Shown here piece by piece: positions 45,692 to 55,176 of a stretch of 64,000 nucleotides of DNA; the first letter of the stretch is position 1, and the number at the start of each line of letters is the position of its first letter. Location of the stretch: the NCBI GenBank assembly GCA_041671305.1, contig JBAZBX010000002.1:5193-69192 (forward strand), in the 5' to 3' direction. The position numbers were made by a program, and so were the translations under genes. The notes beneath the pieces were generated by a model. The model made no database searches and had not been told where the DNA came from. It saw only the letters and a program-made list of their open reading frames with translations. The stretch is from Patescibacteria group bacterium. Its GTDB lineage: Bacteria; Patescibacteriota; Patescibacteriia; 2-01-FULL-39-33.

Positions 45692-46228
45692 TTATTTAAT
45701 CATCTCATATCCGCGTCTTGCCGCTTCCACATTTTTCTCACCGATTTCTCCGCTAAATCTTTCTCTAATGGCTTTCTCTACCGATTCAATGCTGATTAAT
45801 CCTGACAGGCCGGCAAACGCCCCCAGAAGAATTGTATTAATAATCGGCCTGCCAATTATTTCCATGGCCAAATCGGTTCCGGAAATTACTTTTAGCGTTA
45901 CGCCACTGGGCAAATTGATATTTTCCGGCATCTTAGAAGCATTGACTAGGACAGTGGAGCCTTTTTCCAATCCGGCAAAAACATCTACGCCACCAATCAA
46001 ACTGGCGTCTTGAATTATCACAAAATTAGGATTATAAACCTGGCTACGAAGCCTGATATATTTATCATCAATTCTCACATAAGCGGCCACCGGCGCTCCC
46101 CTTCTCTCCACACCAAAATTAGGGAAAGCCTGGGAAAACTTGCCATCATAAAAAACCGCCTCAGCAATGAGTTCGGCCATAGTAACTGACCCTTGACCGC
46201 CTCGGCCGTGTATTCTTATTTCAATCAT
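45692..46228 (-). CDS. porG: Pyruvate:ferredoxin oxidoreductase gamma subunit
   Basis: N-terminal IRIHGRGGQGSVT motif typical of POR gamma. 178 aa. Confidence 0.8.
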   Translation of the reverse strand: MIEIRIHGRGGQGSVTMAELIAEAVFYDGKFSQAFPNFGVERRGAPVAAYVRIDDKYIRLRSQVYNPNFVIIQDASLIGGVDVFAGLEKGSTVLVNASKMPENINLPSGVTLKVISGTDLAMEIIGRPIINTILLGAFAGLSGLISIESVEKAIRERFSGEIGEKNVEAARRGYEMIK

Positions 46229-46255
46229 AAATTAAATTTAATTTTGAATTTGATT

Positions 46256-47152
46256 CTAATTATTTTGTCCTGTAATTTGCTTGTACTTGCTCAAAATGGC
46301 TTCCCAATCAGCGGAAGTAATGGCTCCTTCCAATTTCTTGCCGTTGACGAAAAAGGTTGGCGTGCCCACTATTCCTAAATTCTGACCGTCAATTGAATCC
46401 TGCGACACCTGGCTGACATATTTGCCTGACTGGATGCATGCTCCCATTTTATTCCAGTCCAGACCCAAAGACTGCACCAAATTTTGAAGATCCGCCGTTG
46501 AATTAATGCTTCCAAAATTAGTATACAATTTATCATGGAAAATCCAAAATTTTCCTTGATCGCCGGCACACAAAGAAGCCTGAGCCAAAAGATTTGAATT
46601 CTCATCTATAACCACATAATTCCTGAATATATATAATACCTCATCCTGGTGCTTGGTGACAAATCCTCTGATCGCCGAAAATTCCGCTTCACAGACAGAA
46701 CATTGAAAATCAGCGAATTCCACAATCACCAACGTTGATGACGGATTGCCCCACATGGGCCTGTCCATTTTTTCCGCCAAAAGCCTGGTAGAATCCTTAA
46801 CCGTTGCAATAACCCCCGTCGCCACCGTAGATGAAGAAGATGAAACAACCGCGGAAGTAGACGAGGTAGTAAATAAATTATCAATATTATTCAATTGCCC
46901 TGAACCGGATTTATCCACGCCAAAATTAGAAATAATTAGATAAACTACCAAGGCAAGAAGCAAAATTATCACTATCATGCCTGCGATAATGGCCTTGCCC
47001 CAACCTTTTTTATACCATTTAACTGCCACAGCGAGGTATTGCTCAGAAATCTGCTGGTCACCAGCATCAGACAAACCGAAAGTATTATCACCAACGGAGT
47101 TATCTATAGAGCTATTTGATGTAGCATCCTGGTTCTCGTAATTATTATCCAT
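46256..47152 (-). CDS. Membrane-anchored thiol:disulfide oxidoreductase, DsbA/BdbD family
   Basis: TM anchor. Thioredoxin active site FADFQCSVCEAEF (CxxC). C-terminal GTPTFFVNGKKLEG block. Confidence 0.7.
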   Translation of the reverse strand: MDNNYENQDATSNSSIDNSVGDNTFGLSDAGDQQISEQYLAVAVKWYKKGWGKAIIAGMIVIILLLALVVYLIISNFGVDKSGSGQLNNIDNLFTTSSTSAVVSSSSSTVATGVIATVKDSTRLLAEKMDRPMWGNPSSTLVIVEFADFQCSVCEAEFSAIRGFVTKHQDEVLYIFRNYVVIDENSNLLAQASLCAGDQGKFWIFHDKLYTNFGSINSTADLQNLVQSLGLDWNKMGACIQSGKYVSQVSQDSIDGQNLGIVGTPTFFVNGKKLEGAITSADWEAILSKYKQITGQNN

Positions 47153-47280
47153 ATTTTATGGGGTTATCAAAAGCTAATTATCACTGACATTTGAATTATA
47201 TCATAATTCTCATTACCCTCCAACATTGACTTAGTTAAAAAACTATGCTAATATAAACATATCAAATTAATTTTTTTATT

Positions 47281-47490
47281 ATGTGGATTAACATAATTCA
47301 ACTTATTTCTGCTATAGCTTTAATTATAGCAATTTTATTACAAAATCGTGGTTCCGGACTTGGCTCTGCTTTCGGCGGAGAGGGCAATGCCTACAGATCC
47401 AAGAGAGGAATAGAAAAAGTTTTGGTCCAAGTATCAGTCGTCTTGGCTATCATCTTTTTTGTTACTGCCTTTATCAATCTCCTATATTAA
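47281..47490 (+). CDS. secG: Preprotein translocase subunit SecG (putative)
   Basis: 69 aa with two TM helices. IALIIAILLQNRGSGLGSAFGG matches the SecG LLQ...G.G...FGG signature. Confidence 0.55.
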   Translation: MWINIIQLISAIALIIAILLQNRGSGLGSAFGGEGNAYRSKRGIEKVLVQVSVVLAIIFFVTAFINLLY

Positions 47491-47544
47491 TCTAGCCAGC
47501 GGAATATTTCCTATGGCCTAAAACATTTTTAATCGGTAAATTCC

Positions 47545-49374
47545 GTGAATTTATTATCTTCGTGGAGAAAAAAAATTTCTAGTTTTTTTTCTGCCCAAAA
47601 CAAGCAACTTAGAGAATTTCAGAAGCAACACAGGCTGGATATGCATCTGGTCAGTTCTTTGAATAAATCCAAATTCCCAACCCTCAAGCAATTAAAACAT
47701 CTACCAAAAATGTTGAACAAAAAAGAGAAAAGAACTATGGGAGTACTAACCGCCATAGTGCTTTTGGGAGTAATTCTGCTAATTACAAATTTATATTTTC
47801 TCGTTACTACCCCCATACCGCAAAGAGGTGGCCAATACACGGAAGGATTAATCGGCGCTCCACGCTTTATCAATCCCCTATTGTCGCAAACCAATGACGT
47901 TGATCAAGATATTTCCAAGCTGATTTTCTCCGGCCTGCTGAAATTTGACAAGGACAGAATATTAACTCCCGATCTGGCTGAAAGCTATGAAATTTCCGAC
48001 AATCAATTAGTCTATACCTTCCACCTGAGACAAAACATTAAATGGCATGATGGCGAACCATTCAAAGCCGATGATGTGATTTTTACCATGGCTTCAATCC
48101 AGGATCCGGAATTCAAAAGTCCTTTATCCATAAGTTTCCAAGGCATCATGGCGGAAAAAATTGATGACAATACCATAAAATTTACGCTCAAGGAACCATT
48201 TGCCCCTTTCCTGGGACTGATGACTTTTGGAATTTTGCCGGAACATCTATGGTATAATGTGCCCGCCACCAATGCCGATCTGACAGAACTCAACAAAAAA
48301 CCCATAGGCACAGGCTCATGGCAATTTGATTCATTCAAAAAAGACAAGAATGGAATTATTTTTTCTTACACGTTAATCCCTAATCCATATTATTATGGCG
48401 ATAGGCCAAACTTGGAAAAAATTGTTTTTAAATTTTATGGGGATTTTGCTTCTGCCATAGATGCTCTCAAAAACAAAAGCGTGCAAGCCATCGCTTATTT
48501 GCCACAGGAGTTCCAAACAGAGCTAAAAAAATATAAAAATATAAATTATCAAAAATTAGATCAGCCTCAATATACGGCCATGTTTTTCAATCAGAAAAAT
48601 AATGGCTTCCTCCAAGCTGATTATATTAGGCAGGCTTTAGCTCTATCCATAGACAAGCAAAAAATCATAGATACAGTACTTCCCGGCAACGCCAATATTA
48701 TTGATACCCCCACCCTGCCAGGAGTTGATACCAATCCGGACATAAAAAAATATAATTATGATCCGCAGTCTGCCGTAACTCTCCTGGAGAAAAACGGCTG
48801 GCAACTTAACTCCACTACGACGAACGGAATTACCCAGCAAGTAAGGCAAAAGAAAAATCAAACTTTGGAAATTACCATAACTACGGTTGATCAGCCTCAA
48901 AATAGCAAAATTGCCGATCTCATCAAACAAGACTGGGAACAAATAGGTATCAAGACAAACATCCAGCTCGTAGATAAATCCAAAATTCTTCAAGATGTCA
49001 TAAATACCAGAAAGTATGAAGTGTTGCTCTTTGGAGAAAACTTAGGTTCGGATCCTGATCCGTTCCCCTTTTGGCATTCTTCGCAAAATGAATATCCCGG
49101 TTTGAACTTGGCTATCTTTTCCAACAAAACAGTAGATCAACTGTTGGAAAATGCCAGAAAAACCAATGATTGGGAAGCCAGAAAAAAGAATTATCTTGAA
49201 TTCCAAAAAATAGTCGCTCAGGAACTTCCTGCTATTTTCTTATACAATCAAATATATATTTATCCTCAAGATAACAGCATCAAGGGCTTTGATGTCAAAA
49301 ACATCTCGGCGCCGTCTGATCGTTTTGCCAACTTATACCAATGGTATGAGAAAACCAAGCGAATCTGGAAATAG
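47545..49374 (+). CDS. ABC transporter substrate-binding protein, family 5 (oligo/dipeptide-binding), membrane-anchored
   Basis: SBP_bac_5-like length and blocks (ISDNQLVYTFHLRQNIKWHDGEPFKADDV, PNPYYYG). N-terminal TM anchor VLTAIVLLGVILLITNLYFLV, preceded by an approximately 65-aa basic leader. The true start may be a later Met. Confidence 0.65.
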   Translation: MNLLSSWRKKISSFFSAQNKQLREFQKQHRLDMHLVSSLNKSKFPTLKQLKHLPKMLNKKEKRTMGVLTAIVLLGVILLITNLYFLVTTPIPQRGGQYTEGLIGAPRFINPLLSQTNDVDQDISKLIFSGLLKFDKDRILTPDLAESYEISDNQLVYTFHLRQNIKWHDGEPFKADDVIFTMASIQDPEFKSPLSISFQGIMAEKIDDNTIKFTLKEPFAPFLGLMTFGILPEHLWYNVPATNADLTELNKKPIGTGSWQFDSFKKDKNGIIFSYTLIPNPYYYGDRPNLEKIVFKFYGDFASAIDALKNKSVQAIAYLPQEFQTELKKYKNINYQKLDQPQYTAMFFNQKNNGFLQADYIRQALALSIDKQKIIDTVLPGNANIIDTPTLPGVDTNPDIKKYNYDPQSAVTLLEKNGWQLNSTTTNGITQQVRQKKNQTLEITITTVDQPQNSKIADLIKQDWEQIGIKTNIQLVDKSKILQDVINTRKYEVLLFGENLGSDPDPFPFWHSSQNEYPGLNLAIFSNKTVDQLLENARKTNDWEARKKNYLEFQKIVAQELPAIFLYNQIYIYPQDNSIKGFDVKNISAPSDRFANLYQWYEKTKRIWK

Positions 49375-49439
49375 AATAAAATAACCAAGAAACGATAATC
49401 GAGTTAGGTATTTAATTGTCTTGGTTATTGCCGTAATCG

Positions 49440-49522
49440 GCCGATGTGGTGAAATGGTATACACGCACGGTTCAGAACCGTGTGGGAGCAATCCCGTGAG
49501 AGTTCAAATCTCTCCATCGGCA
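49440..49522 (+). tRNA. tRNA-Leu (anticodon CAG)
   Basis: GCCGATG-TG-GTGAAATGGTATACAC-G-CACGG-TTCAGAA-CCGTG-(long variable arm TGGGAGCAATCCCGT)-GAGAG-TTCAAAT-CTCTC-CATCGGC-A. Confidence 0.8.
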
Positions 49523-49715
49523 TAAATAGTGAATTTGTTAATAATATAAATTCTGCCCTCTTGCTGTGACTAACCTCTCCACAGCTAAGAATTTATATAT
49601 TTGAGTTAATTGCAAACCCGACTTGCAATCAGCTCACAGTGATAAAACTCTATTAATTTTATAAATAACTTTAATTCTCAATGGAATTAAATAATTCCAT
49701 TTTTGAAAAAAATGT

Positions 49716-51620
49716 ATGAACAATTCAAATTTAAATGAACGAAGGCCAAACCAGACCTTCAAACCAAATCTCGGTAACACACAAAAACAAAAAACGATTA
49801 ATCTGGATGCGGATAAATATTTTCCCGTCCCAGTTAAATCTCCTACCACTAGTCAGACGAGTCCCAAGGTAGTAGCAAAACCACACTACCCACAACCGAA
49901 TAGACTACACCAAAATAAACCTGTGACAAAAAACATTACTCCAGAAAAAAGATCTGGCGACGTGTTAAGGGTTATTCCCATCGGTGGCTGCGAAGAAGTG
50001 GGACGCAATATGACCGTATTTGAATACGGCCAAGATATTGTAATTCTGGATATGGGAATCCAATTTCCCGAAGAAGACATGCCGGGAATAGATTATATCA
50101 TTCCTAATGCAGACTATCTGAAAGGAAAGGAAAAAAATATCCGTGGCGTAATATTTTCACACGGACATCTGGATCATATCGGAGCAGCGCCTATTCTTTT
50201 GGAAAAACTAGGTAATCCTACAATTATCGGCGCAGATCTAACTCTGGCTATGGTAAAACATAGACAAGAAGATTACAAAAAGGGCAGTGCCGATAAACTC
50301 AAGACTGTAGTTGTCAAAAATCTCAATGAAAAAATTAAATTAGGTATTTTTGAAATAAGCTTCTTCCAGATTGAGCACTCCATTATGGATGCCATGGGAA
50401 TAATTTTCAAAACTCCAACTGCTACCGTCATTCATCCCGGAGACTGGACTCTAGAAAGAGACATCGCAGGCAAACCGATATTGGATTATACTTTCTTGAG
50501 TAAACTTCCCAGGCCAACAGTGCTAATGATGGAAAGTTTAGGCGCCATTGATGTCCGAAAAAGCGCCACCACTGCGGAGATGAAAAAAAATATTACCCAA
50601 CTGCTTTCCGATGCTCCAGGCAGAATTATCCTGGGGACATTCTCTTCTCAAATAGAGAGGATAGACTGGCTTTTTGAAATTGGCCAAAAACTTGGCAAAA
50701 AAATCGCGCTTGACGGCTATAGCATGAAGGTCAATGTAGAAATAGCCAAAAAATTAGGATATATCAAAATAGCCAAAGGCCAACTGATCAAAATTGAACA
50801 AATTGATGATTTTCCCGACAACAAAGTCATGGTGCTTTGCACCGGAGCTCAAGGCGAAGGCAATGCCGTACTATCCAGAATTATTGAAGGCACAAACCGC
50901 CATATCAAAATTAGAAAAAACGACACCGTAATACTTTCATCCTCAATCATCCCAGGAAACGAAAGAACTATCCAAAGACTCAAAGACAACCTGTATCGCC
51001 AATGCGATAATGTCATTCATGGCAGTATCATGGATATCCATGTTTCCGGACACGGCAACAGAAATGATATTATTTATATGCTGGAACAGATAATGCCGGA
51101 TTATTTCATCCCTGTTTACGCCAATCATTATTTTCTCAAGGAAGCCGCCAAGCTGGCTCGTGAGATTGGATTTAATCCCGAGAGAATATTCGTGCCGGAT
51201 AATGGACAGGTTATGGAATTTGATAAAAATGGCGGAAGAATCACGGAACAGAAAGTTCCCTCCAGTTACGTTTTCGTGGACGGCCTCGGCATTACAGATA
51301 GCAACAATGTTGTACTTCGCGATAGAAAAATGATGGCCGAAGACGGCATGCTAGTCGTCATTGCCACAGTTGATGGAAAGAATGGCCAGCTTATCCATAA
51401 TCCCGATCTTATCTCGCGCGGTTTTGTCTATATGAAAGAAAATAAACGGCTGATTGAAATGGTCAGACAAAAAGTCAAAAAATTAATCAAAGAAAACAAT
51501 CCCAAAGTCGCGCCCGATGATCAATACCTGAAAGAATTGATTAGAAACGAAATCGGTAAATTCCTTTATCAGAAAACTGAAAAGAGACCCATGATTTTGC
51601 CGGTGATTATAGAAGTATAA
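49716..51620 (+). CDS. rnj: Ribonuclease J (metallo-beta-lactamase/beta-CASP RNase) with an approximately 85-aa low-complexity N-terminal extension
   Basis: LRVIPIGGCEEVGRNMTVFEY RNase J start block. MBL motif FSHGHLDHIGAAP. beta-CASP and C-terminal domains. The basic Pro/Gln/Asn-rich N-terminus has no internal Met before the conserved start block. Confidence 0.85.
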   Translation: MNNSNLNERRPNQTFKPNLGNTQKQKTINLDADKYFPVPVKSPTTSQTSPKVVAKPHYPQPNRLHQNKPVTKNITPEKRSGDVLRVIPIGGCEEVGRNMTVFEYGQDIVILDMGIQFPEEDMPGIDYIIPNADYLKGKEKNIRGVIFSHGHLDHIGAAPILLEKLGNPTIIGADLTLAMVKHRQEDYKKGSADKLKTVVVKNLNEKIKLGIFEISFFQIEHSIMDAMGIIFKTPTATVIHPGDWTLERDIAGKPILDYTFLSKLPRPTVLMMESLGAIDVRKSATTAEMKKNITQLLSDAPGRIILGTFSSQIERIDWLFEIGQKLGKKIALDGYSMKVNVEIAKKLGYIKIAKGQLIKIEQIDDFPDNKVMVLCTGAQGEGNAVLSRIIEGTNRHIKIRKNDTVILSSSIIPGNERTIQRLKDNLYRQCDNVIHGSIMDIHVSGHGNRNDIIYMLEQIMPDYFIPVYANHYFLKEAAKLAREIGFNPERIFVPDNGQVMEFDKNGGRITEQKVPSSYVFVDGLGITDSNNVVLRDRKMMAEDGMLVVIATVDGKNGQLIHNPDLISRGFVYMKENKRLIEMVRQKVKKLIKENNPKVAPDDQYLKELIRNEIGKFLYQKTEKRPMILPVIIEV

Positions 51621-51732
51621 TTCCACTTTGTCGCTTTTCCTTTTTTAGTAACAGGAATGCAGGTACAAAATACAAAATTTGCATTATAAATTTAAAAAAT
51701 GCTACAATTAATGCAAATAAATCAATAATTTT

Positions 51733-52680
51733 ATGTCCAAACCAGTCATCGTCTCAGGAACACAGCCATCAGGATTTTTGCATATCGGTAATTATCTTGG
51801 CGCCATAAAAAATTGGGTTGATTTGCAAAACAGCGGAAAGTATGATTGCTTCTTTTTTATCGCTGATTTTCATTCCATAACCGAAAATTATTCGCCAGCA
51901 GAAAAAAGAGTGCAAGTTCTCAATCTGGCTTGCGATTATCTGGCTGCCGGACTTGATCCCAAAAAATCAACTATTTTTATCCAATCACAAGTCCCCCAAT
52001 GCACGGAATTGGCTTGGATTTTTAATACCTTGACTCCAATTGGCGAGCTGGAGAGAATGATACAATTCAAAGACAAGTCTCAAAAGCAAAATAAAAATGT
52101 AAATGCCGGACTCCTCACCTACCCCATCCTACAAGCCGCGGACATTTTGATTTATCATGGTGAATTTGTGCCTGTCGGTCAAGATCAAATCCAGCATTTG
52201 GAATTGACCCACGATACGGTTAAGTGGTTCAACAACAAATATGCCACAAAGTATTTCCAAGACGTTAAGCCGCTTCTGACAGAAACTCCCAAAATCATGA
52301 GCCTAGTAGAGCCGACGAGCAAGATGTCCAAATCCGCCGGAGCCAAACATTACATTGGGATTGATGAGTCGCCGGAAATTATCTCTCAAAAACTATCCAA
52401 AGCAGTTTCTACTCCCGAAGGCATAGAGAATTTAAGAGCTATTTACAAAGCATTTGAGAAATCCATGTCCGGTGAATTTAAGGAAAATAAAATGTCCGAG
52501 ACTAAAAAAATTATTGCTCAAGGCATTGCCAATTACTTTGCCGACTTCCGCAAGAAAAAAGCCGAGTTAATGAAAGATCCGAAAAAAGTCATGAAAATTT
52601 TGGAGCAAGGAAAGAAAAAAGCCCAACCCATAGCACAGAAAACACTTCAAGAAGTGAAAAAGATTATCGGATTAATATAG
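51733..52680 (+). CDS. trpS: Tryptophanyl-tRNA synthetase
   Basis: SGTQPSGFLHIGNYLGA (class I HIGH-type). KMSKS (SKMSKSAG). About 315 aa. Confidence 0.85.
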   Translation: MSKPVIVSGTQPSGFLHIGNYLGAIKNWVDLQNSGKYDCFFFIADFHSITENYSPAEKRVQVLNLACDYLAAGLDPKKSTIFIQSQVPQCTELAWIFNTLTPIGELERMIQFKDKSQKQNKNVNAGLLTYPILQAADILIYHGEFVPVGQDQIQHLELTHDTVKWFNNKYATKYFQDVKPLLTETPKIMSLVEPTSKMSKSAGAKHYIGIDESPEIISQKLSKAVSTPEGIENLRAIYKAFEKSMSGEFKENKMSETKKIIAQGIANYFADFRKKKAELMKDPKKVMKILEQGKKKAQPIAQKTLQEVKKIIGLI

Positions 52681-52689
52681 TTATATTAC

Positions 52690-52722
52690 AAAAAATCCCG
52701 CTTAAGCGGGATTTTTTTATTT
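52690..52722. terminator. Bidirectional rho-independent terminator
   Basis: aaaaaatcccgcttaagcgggatttttttatttt has an 8-bp stem with A-run and T-run flanks. It lies between trpS (+) and a minus-strand ORF. Confidence 0.5.
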
Positions 52723-52727
52723 TGTTT

Positions 52728-53000
52728 TTAATCTTCCTTTCCCCAAAATTCATCTGCTTCCTCTTCCATTTTTTTGAGTCTTATATAATAATCAGGAAAC
52801 TCATTAAGATGTGCTAGGGCAATTTTCCCCGTTGTAAATGCACCGTCATTAGTCACATTAGTTTGAGGATCGCGAATGCCGTGTTCAAGTTCTACATCCA
52901 TACCCATCCTAAATTGTTCCACATCAAATTTAGCCCAATCAAGTCCTAGACGTTCACCAATTTCCTTAGCTTCCTCAGCTGTAAAAGATTGCTTACTCAT
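52728..53000 (-). CDS. Hypothetical small acidic protein
   Basis: 90-aa ORF (MSKQSFTAEEAKEIGERLGLDW...). No recognisable motif. Co-oriented with, and upstream of, the PGM/PMM gene. Confidence 0.3.
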   Translation of the reverse strand: MSKQSFTAEEAKEIGERLGLDWAKFDVEQFRMGMDVELEHGIRDPQTNVTNDGAFTTGKIALAHLNEFPDYYIRLKKMEEEADEFWGKED

Positions 53001-53004
53001 AATA

Positions 53005-54378
53005 TTATCTGATAATTTTTAATAATTTAACCTTTTCTTTTTCCATGACCTTTATACTTTGACTTTCTACATTCAATCGTACAAGAGGCTCCGTATTGGA
53101 CGACCGGACATTAAAAAACCAACCCTGACCATAAACAGAAAGTCCGTCAATATTTTTCTGTTCATAATTCTTGTACATCGTGGATAATTTATTTTTCACT
53201 TTTTCAAAATTTCCAATTTTCAAATTTATTTCTCCGGAAATAACAAACTTATCCCTATAAATTTTTATTGCCTCAGAAAGCTTGAGTCCGCTCATAGCCA
53301 GATATTCCATCACGAGCAAGGCCGGTATAATGCCATCGCCGAAAACATAATTCTTTTTCAGTTCTTTGGAAAATAAAAAATTCAAAAAATAATGACCGGA
53401 ATTTTCACTGCCAAATAAATACTTTTTATTTTGCATCTTCTTGAGAATATTGGTATATCCGGAACGATTCACTACAGGTTTACCACCCATTTTTACTATC
53501 ATCTCAGAAATATTTACAGGCAAACGAGCATCCAAAACCAAGGGCAATCCCGGCTTCAAACTGCCGTATTTGAGAAGCATGATTTGATAAAGCAAACAAT
53601 TGATGTGGTAGGAATTAACTGAAACTCCCTGGTCATCTACAAAAATACATCTATCAGCATCACCATCCCAAATTATTCCCAAATCCGCTTTCTGTTTTTT
53701 CACTTCAGAGCAAAGCAAGTCCCTGCTTTCCTGAAGCATCGGATTCAAGCCGTGAGTTGGATATTTATCTCCTTTAACAAAATTAATTTTTGTTTTCTTA
53801 ATCTTTAATTTGGAAAATATGTGGGAAGCCATAATTGATCCCGCGCCATCGCTGGCATCCAATATAACATTTAAATCCTGAATATGAGAAAAATCCACGA
53901 TGCTCCGGCAATATTTTTCATACTCGCCGGCAATGCTTATTTTTTTAACAATCGCTTTTTTGCGCAATGGTTTTATCACCATGGCATTAGCAATTTTTTG
54001 CAATTCCTTTAATCCTGTCTTAAGTCCAATCGGTACGCCATCAACCGTGCAAAATTTCAATCCAGTATATCCATTGGGATTATGCGAAGGTGTAATCATG
54101 ACTCCGCCATCAAATTTTTTGACCCCTACGGCAAAAAACAATGCCGGCGTGCAATTAACTCCCAAATCAAAAATTTTTGCTCCGGCATCATAAGCGCCCT
54201 GAATAAAAGGCTTGGATAGCTTAGCCGATTCAATCCTTTTATCTTTGCATACGGCAATGGTTTTTAACTTTTTAAACTTCACAAAAGCATAGCCAAGACG
54301 ATAACCGTCTTCATTGTTAATTTCTGCCGGATAAATTCCTCGGATATCATATTCTTTGAAAATTTTTGGATTGATCAT
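53005..54378 (-). CDS. Phosphoglucomutase/phosphomannomutase family protein (alpha-D-phosphohexomutase)
   Basis: Active-site Ser loop GGVMITPSHNP (T/SxSHNP) and a four-domain length of 457 aa. Confidence 0.75.
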   Translation of the reverse strand: MINPKIFKEYDIRGIYPAEINNEDGYRLGYAFVKFKKLKTIAVCKDKRIESAKLSKPFIQGAYDAGAKIFDLGVNCTPALFFAVGVKKFDGGVMITPSHNPNGYTGLKFCTVDGVPIGLKTGLKELQKIANAMVIKPLRKKAIVKKISIAGEYEKYCRSIVDFSHIQDLNVILDASDGAGSIMASHIFSKLKIKKTKINFVKGDKYPTHGLNPMLQESRDLLCSEVKKQKADLGIIWDGDADRCIFVDDQGVSVNSYHINCLLYQIMLLKYGSLKPGLPLVLDARLPVNISEMIVKMGGKPVVNRSGYTNILKKMQNKKYLFGSENSGHYFLNFLFSKELKKNYVFGDGIIPALLVMEYLAMSGLKLSEAIKIYRDKFVISGEINLKIGNFEKVKNKLSTMYKNYEQKNIDGLSVYGQGWFFNVRSSNTEPLVRLNVESQSIKVMEKEKVKLLKIIR

Positions 54379-54412
54379 ATTGATATATAATTAAAATATT
54401 ACTTAAATTTTA

Positions 54413-55141
54413 TCATTTTTTCCTAGCGATAGCCATCAAATTATATCCATTCCAAAAACTGGTTTTTGTTCCCTTGTTCTCATAATATATTTCTTGAATT
54501 TCAAAACCGGCTTTTTGCAAAAGATTTTTCATCTCGCCCTTAGCAAACGAATGGACGTATCTTCGGCTTTCAGCCCCTATCGGCTTCCAGGGTATGAAAA
54601 CATCCTTAAACGACCAAACGCCCTGAGATAATTTATATTTATAATCTACAATCATGGGACGATATTTTTTGATGCCAAAAATATTCCAATTAGACATGAC
54701 CAAAGTTCCTCCGGGTTTGAGTAATTTATAAATATCCGCCAAAATCTTCAATCGCAATTCTTTAGTCGGAATATGATGCAAAACCGCCAGCATAAAAACG
54801 AGATTAAAGGACTGGCTCGCCGTAACATCCAATTTTATTATATCCCCTACTTCAAATTTAATATTTTTTTTATTCGCAAATTTTTCTCTGGCAATTTTTA
54901 TTAATTCTTCTGAACTATCCACTCCTAAATAGCTTACATTTTTATCCAAGAATAATTCAGCCAGACGGCCATTGCCACAACCCAAATCCAAAACCCTATC
55001 TCCATCTTGGACAAAGCCCCTAAGCTCATCCAGAATATGCCACCATTTGGCTCTGGTCACAGAAAAATCTCCGGCGATAGTATTGTAAATATCGTGCGTT
55101 TCCCGTAATATTTTATTGACTTTATCTTGTTTTATGGGCAT
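54413..55141 (-). CDS. Class I SAM-dependent methyltransferase
   Basis: Motif I VLDLGCGNGRLAE. Motif post-I DSSEE. About 242 aa. Confidence 0.6.
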   Translation of the reverse strand: MPIKQDKVNKILRETHDIYNTIAGDFSVTRAKWWHILDELRGFVQDGDRVLDLGCGNGRLAELFLDKNVSYLGVDSSEELIKIAREKFANKKNIKFEVGDIIKLDVTASQSFNLVFMLAVLHHIPTKELRLKILADIYKLLKPGGTLVMSNWNIFGIKKYRPMIVDYKYKLSQGVWSFKDVFIPWKPIGAESRRYVHSFAKGEMKNLLQKAGFEIQEIYYENKGTKTSFWNGYNLMAIARKK

Positions 55142-55176
55142 AATGTATTGATAATTAACAACTGTTATGACAGATT

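Noticed and set aside
43358-46228. porGDAB operon, considered as an unusual metabolic feature
   Set aside because: The four-subunit pyruvate/2-oxoacid:ferredoxin oxidoreductase is standard for anaerobic fermentative bacteria, including CPR. It is annotated as a feature only.
49540-49640. Hairpins downstream of tRNA-Leu (gctgtgactaacctctccacagc, ttgcaaacccgacttgcaa), considered as a second tRNA or sRNA
   Set aside because: No cloverleaf could be drawn. They are probably a tRNA transcript terminator and processing structure.
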